Of a stretch of DNA of 64,000 nucleotides, positions 58,976 through 64,000 are shown piece by piece. The first letter of the stretch is position 1. The number at the start of each line of letters is the position of its first letter. Position numbers and translations under genes: made by a program. The DNA is from Thermoanaerobaculia bacterium (GTDB lineage Bacteria > Acidobacteriota > Thermoanaerobaculia > UBA5066), in contig JBBRRY010000005.1 in assembly GCA_038245905.1 (NCBI GenBank), positions 72,742-136,741 of the forward strand, given 5' to 3'. The notes below the pieces were generated by a model. That model was not told the origin of the DNA and did not search any database. It worked only from the letters and a program-made list of their open reading frames with translations.

Positions 58976-61951
58976 CTAGAAGTCGTAGCGGCCCGAAAAC
59001 TGAAGCGTGCGCGGCGTCGTTGTGAAGCCGTTGAGCGTCGCGAAGGACGCGTTGAAGGTCGTGAGGCTCGTGAAGCGGTTGCCCGTGTTCGTGAGGTTGA
59101 AGATGTCCACGAAGACCGCAAGCGTCCCCGGTCCGACCTTGTAGCCGGCGCCAAATCGGACGTCCACCGTATAGAAGTCAGGCTGACGGAACTGGTTGCG
59201 GCTCGTGACGACTCCGTCGATCGTGGCCCGGTCGGTCGTGTTGCCGTCCTTGTTGTTGTCCGAGCCCGTCAACGCTGAGTACGGACGGCCGGTCTGGTAC
59301 GTGAAGAGAACAGACGAGAACGTGTTGATGCTTCCGAACTGGCGATCGTAGGACGCGTTCGCCGCGGCGCGCCACCTGATGTCGCGGTCCGACGGCGCCC
59401 AGTTCAGCTCGGGGTTGTTGACGTCCCAGAGCGTAAAGCCGGAATAGTTGCGCTCGTTCGAGTCCGTGTCGTAGTCCGAGGCGCGGGTGAGGGAGCCGAA
59501 GAACCGGAACCCCGCCGCAAAATTCTTGCGGAACGACAGCGTCGCGGCTTTGTAGTCCGAGCGTGCATCCGAGGTGTAGACGGTGACGCGGCCGTAGTTG
59601 GCATTGATCCGGTTCGCGCTGCTCGACGAGGAGGACAGGCCGTAGCAGGTAACTCCCGAGTTCGGATCCAGCGTCGTGCAGTTCGCGGCCGGCGACGCGA
59701 CGAGGTTCGCGTCGTTGTTCCGTTCGAGGTTGTAGCCCTTCGCCCAGGTCGCGTCGATGCCCCAAGCGATTCCGAAAAACTCACGCTCCGCTCCAAGCGT
59801 GATCTTGTCGGTGTGCGGGTTCTTGAAGTCGGATGTCATGCTGAAGACGCCTGGGGAAGCAAGCGTCGTTCCAGCCGGAAGGTTTCCGAGCTGCTGGATT
59901 TTCGTCGGGTCGAACGCGGCTCCCCAGCCGGGGGCCGGAAGGCCCCCCGTGGAGCCGGCCGCGTTCGCGTTCACGACGTACTGCGTGCCCTGAACGCCGT
60001 TCGACTGATAGAGCTGAGAGAAGAGAATCTCGGGCGTCCGGCTCCAGTACCGGCCGAGAGAAAGTCGAACGACGCTCTTCGCATCCTTCTCAGGCGACCA
60101 CGCGAAAGAGATCCGGGGCGACCACTGATTATTCGCGTCCGGGATCTGAGAATCGGGCTGGACGAACTTCGCGCCAGGCGTGAGGACCTTGTTCAAGTCG
60201 AGAATGGGGTCGTTCGGGTTGTCGAGACGCTCGTAGCGAAGGCCGAGCGTCATCGTGAGGGCCGGCGTGACGTACCACTGGTCCTGGACGAAGAACGCGA
60301 GCTCCTTCTGGTCGGCATTGAAACGGCCCGCTTGATCGACGGTGAGGCCGTTGAGACCGATGAACTCGCGGTACTGCGTCCACTTGCCCGCGAGGAGGTT
60401 CGCCTTCAGGTTCTCGGCCGTGGCGGTCTGCCCGGTAAAGGCGTTAAAAACGAAGACGCCGCGCCAGTTGCCCTTGAAGATCTGGTCCATCCCGGTCTTG
60501 TTGTAGTCCGCGCCGAGCTTTACGGCATGCGCGCCGAAGAGGAACGTGGCCGTATCACCCACACTGATGCGATTGTCCGTCGCAACGATCGGCAGAAACG
60601 CGACCTCGCCGAAGGTCGCCTGCCCCGTGAGCTGGATCTCGGGCAGGCCGAGGCCCTTGTCGGCACGCGGGATTTCGTTCTTCGCGTACTGGATGTTGAA
60701 GTCGTTGATCGTGCTCTGGTTGAAGATCGCGTTCCAGCTCCCGACGAGAGACGACGTCTTCAGGCCCTCGAGTCCGTTGTGGCTCGTTGTCTGCGTCTGG
60801 CTCGAGGACGTGCCGTTCGGCCCGTCGTAGGTCGCGTAGTTCGCGCGGCCGTAGACCCGATGCTGGTCCGTGAGCTGGAAGTCCAGGCGCCCGAAGAACA
60901 CCTTTCCGTTCTGCTCCTGGATGTAGTTCGTGTCCGTCTGCCCGAGCTTCGGGTAGCGGGCCGCGATGTCCGGATCGGTGACGAGAGCCGACGTGATCGG
61001 AATCGTCGTGGCCTGGAGCTGCTGGTCCCACGCCCCGAAGAAGAACAGCCTGTCGTGAAGGATCGGCCCGCCGATCGACGCGCCAAACTGCTGCGTCTTC
61101 TGGTCGCGCGGGTCCGTGCCGTTCGCGAATTGCGCGGTCGTGGACTGCGGCCGGTTGTAGTAGAACGCCGAGCCGTGGAAGTCGTTGCTGCCGCTCTTCG
61201 TGATGACGTTCACGAAGCCGCCGCCCGAGCGCCCGAACTCCACGGAGGCCCCGTTCTGAATGACCTGGAACTCGCGCACCGACTCCTGCGACATCGTGAA
61301 GGGCGCCCGGCCTTCGGCCGAACCGTCGCCCGAGGAGCCGCCGAAGAACGAGTCGTTGTAGTCGACGCCGTCGAGCGTGACGCTCGTATTGATGCCGCGC
61401 TGGCCGCCGATCGCGATGTTGCCGCGCGAGGTCTCTCTCTGCGCGTTAGGCGCCAGGAGGACGAAGTCCGTGAAGTTGCGGCCGTTGATCGGGAGGCTCT
61501 TGATCACGTTGTTGTCGATCGTGGTCTGGCTCGCGGTCTGCGTCGTCTCGATCGTCGCTTCCGTGGCTGTGACCGTCACGGACTCCGTCTTTGTCGAGAG
61601 GCGCAGCTTGAAGTCGACCGTCGGCGCAGACCCGAGCGTGACGACGACGCGCGCGTCGCTCTGCTTGCCGAAGCCCTGCAGCGACGCCGTCACGGAGTAG
61701 GTGCCAACGGGCACGCTCACGATGCGGTAAACGCCGCGCGAGTCAGAAACGGCGACGAGCGCGAGGCCCGTGTCCTTGTTCTTGGCCTCGATACTGGCTC
61801 CCGGCAGCGGAGCGCCGGTCTCGTCGAGGACCTGTCCCGAAACGCGACCGGTCGTGACGTCGACCTGCGCGAGAACCGGGACCGCCGTGAGAAGGAGGGC
61901 CGCGATCGCCGCGAGGGCGATCGTCAGGCCGAATCGGGGATTCAATTTCAT
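58976..61951 (-). CDS. TonB-dependent receptor (Oar-type, carboxypeptidase-regulatory-like N-domain)
   Basis: Signal peptide, GAPLPGA, LPINGRNF, NVITKSGSNDFHGS, FFVQDQW, WSPRISFAW, terminal YDF. Confidence 0.93.
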   Translation of the reverse strand: MKLNPRFGLTIALAAIAALLLTAVPVLAQVDVTTGRVSGQVLDETGAPLPGASIEAKNKDTGLALVAVSDSRGVYRIVSVPVGTYSVTASLQGFGKQSDARVVVTLGSAPTVDFKLRLSTKTESVTVTATEATIETTQTASQTTIDNNVIKSLPINGRNFTDFVLLAPNAQRETSRGNIAIGGQRGINTSVTLDGVDYNDSFFGGSSGDGSAEGRAPFTMSQESVREFQVIQNGASVEFGRSGGGFVNVITKSGSNDFHGSAFYYNRPQSTTAQFANGTDPRDQKTQQFGASIGGPILHDRLFFFGAWDQQLQATTIPITSALVTDPDIAARYPKLGQTDTNYIQEQNGKVFFGRLDFQLTDQHRVYGRANYATYDGPNGTSSSQTQTTSHNGLEGLKTSSLVGSWNAIFNQSTINDFNIQYAKNEIPRADKGLGLPEIQLTGQATFGEVAFLPIVATDNRISVGDTATFLFGAHAVKLGADYNKTGMDQIFKGNWRGVFVFNAFTGQTATAENLKANLLAGKWTQYREFIGLNGLTVDQAGRFNADQKELAFFVQDQWYVTPALTMTLGLRYERLDNPNDPILDLNKVLTPGAKFVQPDSQIPDANNQWSPRISFAWSPEKDAKSVVRLSLGRYWSRTPEILFSQLYQSNGVQGTQYVVNANAAGSTGGLPAPGWGAAFDPTKIQQLGNLPAGTTLASPGVFSMTSDFKNPHTDKITLGAEREFFGIAWGIDATWAKGYNLERNNDANLVASPAANCTTLDPNSGVTCYGLSSSSSSANRINANYGRVTVYTSDARSDYKAATLSFRKNFAAGFRFFGSLTRASDYDTDSNERNYSGFTLWDVNNPELNWAPSDRDIRWRAAANASYDRQFGSINTFSSVLFTYQTGRPYSALTGSDNNKDGNTTDRATIDGVVTSRNQFRQPDFYTVDVRFGAGYKVGPGTLAVFVDIFNLTNTGNRFTSLTTFNASFATLNGFTTTPRTLQFSGRYDF

Positions 61952-62162
61952 GTGTTCACCTCTGCTGAAATTGGAAAAGAATGAAAGAAAAACGACGGAC
62001 AGACTCGCAGCCGTACGTAAATATCCCGTGAAGAACGGTTCATAATGGGATGTCGACAGCCCCATCCTATCGCGCGCGCACCGGGCGCCGTCAACGGGTT
62101 TCGAGTCTCGCGCCGGGGCAAGAAAAGAACGGGGAGCCTGGGACGAGGCCACGTCCAAATGA

Positions 62163-62188
62163 GAGAGGCCGCCCGGAGGCGGCCTCTC
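62163..62188 (-). terminator. Hairpin after the upstream TonB receptor
   Basis: GAGAGGCCGCC-N4-GGCGGCCTCTC perfect 11-bp stem; weak U-tail. Confidence 0.6.
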
Positions 62189-62209
62189 GTGACTGTGCTG
62201 AAATGAAAG

Positions 62210-64000
62210 CTAGAAGTTGATCTTCGCGGCGACCTGTAACGTGCGGGGAATGACCTCGCCGGAATAGCCCTGGACGACGCCGAACGTGTTGAGCGCCACG
62301 CCGCTCACGGTGTTCGTAAAATTCGTGATCGTGTACTTGCCGGTCGAGGCCGTGTACGTGATCCTGAAGAGGTCCTGGTTGGCGCCCGTGACGACGGTCA
62401 TGTTCCTGTTGAACAGGTTGAACACCTCGGCCAGCAGCTGCACCTTCACCCCGTAGGGCAGGTCGAACGTCTTCGAGAGGCGGAGGTCGACGTCCCACAC
62501 GCCGGGCTGGCGGAAGGAGTTGCGGTCGATGAGACGCGCGTTCTGGCCGCTGAGGAAACCGGAGAACTGCGGCAGGGTCATGCCGTTCGCCTGGGTGAGG
62601 TCGATGATGGCCCCGTTCCCGTCGACGAAGGCCGGGGTGAAACTCGCCGTGGCAGTCGTCTGAGGCTGTCCCGTCAGGCTGTTGGCCGTGCAGCCGCTGC
62701 AGGTGAAGCTGATGGCGGCGGTGTAAGGGAAGCCGCTGTGCCAGAAGCCGGCACCGGACACCTCGAAGCCCCACGGCAGGCGGTAGGTGAGACCCCCGGC
62801 GACGCGGTGTTTCACGTCGTTGTCGCTCGGTCCCTCGCTCAGGCTGGGATTGTTCGGGTCGATGAGGAACGAGGTCGACGTGGAGCGAGTGTTCGTCTCG
62901 TAGTCGACCGAGTCGGAGTGCGTGTAGCTGATGTTCCAGGAGAGCTTCGAGTCGAGGGGGTGCTTGCGGAGCTCGACCGTCTGCCCGCGATACCACGCCT
63001 TCTCGTCGCTGGAGAGCGCGCGGACGATGCCCATGTCGGCGTACGGACGAGCCGGATTGGCCGAGCTGTTGTAGTCGTAGACCGGCATGTTACCGAGGAG
63101 ATAGCCCGTGGGGACGAGGTTGATGTTCTTCGTGCCCTGAATGTGATTCAGCTTCGAATAGACGGCGCTGACACCCACCGTGTAAGAGTCGCCGAGGCGC
63201 TGTGCGAACTGCAGGCTCGTGCGCCATGAGTCCTGCGCCTGGTAGTCCGAGCCGATCGTGACGAGGTTGGCCGAGAGCTTCGACTTGGCCAGGAAGTCGG
63301 CCGGCGACAGAATGCCTGGATAGGTCGGGCAGGGATTCGCCGCCGTGGTCGTGCAGGTAAACGTCGTGGTCAGCAGCGCGCCGCTGATGCCCTGAATGGG
63401 GCTCGCGAGCAGGATGTCCGGCATGTACTCGTAGAACAAGCCCGTGCCGCCGCGGAGAACCGAACGGCCGTCGCCGAAAACGTCCCAGGCGAAGCCGATG
63501 CGGGGAGCGATGTTGTTCGTGTCGTCCTTGATCTGCGTGAGGAACTCCGGGTGCTGCGGGTATGCGTTGGACTCCGGACGCGGCGTCGCCATGTAGTCGT
63601 AGCGAAGGCCGAGGTTGAGAGTCAGGCGCGAAGCGACCCGGAAGCTATCGTTGACGTAGAACCCCCAGAGGTTCGTGATCCAGCTGACGTCGCCATTCGC
63701 CGGACCGTATGCCTGCTGGAAGGTGTTCGGTCTCTCATTGACGAAATTGAGCAGGCTGCTGTACGAGTAGAAGCCGCCGGCGAAGCGTGGGAAGGCGTCG
63801 AACAGGTCTCGGCGGAGGAGCTCCACTCCTGCCTTGAAGGAGTGGCCCTTCCATTCGAGCTGCACGGTGTCCTTGAGCTGGAGCTTCTTCTCATCGGCCG
63901 TGTTCGGGGTGGTGTCGTTCGCGCCGAAGAACTGCGTCTGGCCGAAGTTGACGGAGAACTCGGTGCCGCTGTACACGCTGGTGACCGGGCGCTGGTCCCG
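62210..64000 (-). CDS. Second Oar-type TonB-dependent receptor, C-terminal part
   Basis: LTLNLGLRYD, IAPRIGFAWD, VLRGGTGLFY, DLRLSKTF, terminal INF; open to window end. Confidence 0.92.
   Translation of the reverse strand, partial: RDQRPVTSVYSGTEFSVNFGQTQFFGANDTTPNTADEKKLQLKDTVQLEWKGHSFKAGVELLRRDLFDAFPRFAGGFYSYSSLLNFVNERPNTFQQAYGPANGDVSWITNLWGFYVNDSFRVASRLTLNLGLRYDYMATPRPESNAYPQHPEFLTQIKDDTNNIAPRIGFAWDVFGDGRSVLRGGTGLFYEYMPDILLASPIQGISGALLTTTFTCTTTAANPCPTYPGILSPADFLAKSKLSANLVTIGSDYQAQDSWRTSLQFAQRLGDSYTVGVSAVYSKLNHIQGTKNINLVPTGYLLGNMPVYDYNSSANPARPYADMGIVRALSSDEKAWYRGQTVELRKHPLDSKLSWNISYTHSDSVDYETNTRSTSTSFLIDPNNPSLSEGPSDNDVKHRVAGGLTYRLPWGFEVSGAGFWHSGFPYTAAISFTCSGCTANSLTGQPQTTATASFTPAFVDGNGAIIDLTQANGMTLPQFSGFLSGQNARLIDRNSFRQPGVWDVDLRLSKTFDLPYGVKVQLLAEVFNLFNRNMTVVTGANQDLFRITYTASTGKYTITNFTNTVSGVALNTFGVVQGYSGEVIPRTLQVAAKINF

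Overview
High-GC bacterial chromosomal window. Gene content (Oar-type TonB receptors, ClpC inside the bamA/lpx cluster, Cys-less anti-sigma, secreted proteins with a shared C-terminal module) suggests Acidobacteriota, Thermoanaerobaculia-like; this is inference. Housekeeping blocks: argR-C-B-D-G-H-J with tandem ARG boxes; hyp-lysS-lolC/E-lolD-clpC-bamA-skp-lpxD-fabZ-lpxA; fusA2, ggt, hpt, ridA, ltaE, def, rnc, pfkA; four tRNAs (Pro-CGG, Phe-GAA, Leu-TAA, Cys-GCA). Accessory material: ECF sigma modules, an AT-richer cassette of secreted proteins, two vapBC loci (one toxin internally deleted), several deletion scars, a heavy-metal RND operon and two TonB-dependent receptors. The two strongest leads: (1) a DsbD-like protein whose thioredoxin (gamma) domain is split, with its C-terminal half placed before the membrane domain and its CxxC half at the C-terminus, coupled to a thioredoxin-TPR protein; (2) a secreted acidic leader ORF ending in RGPP whose last codons can pair with the czcC Shine-Dalgarno, heading a czcCBA-like operon that ends in a His-rich PII protein. 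No CRISPR array, rRNA, integrase or transposase was seen. All calls come from motif recognition by eye; no database search was run.
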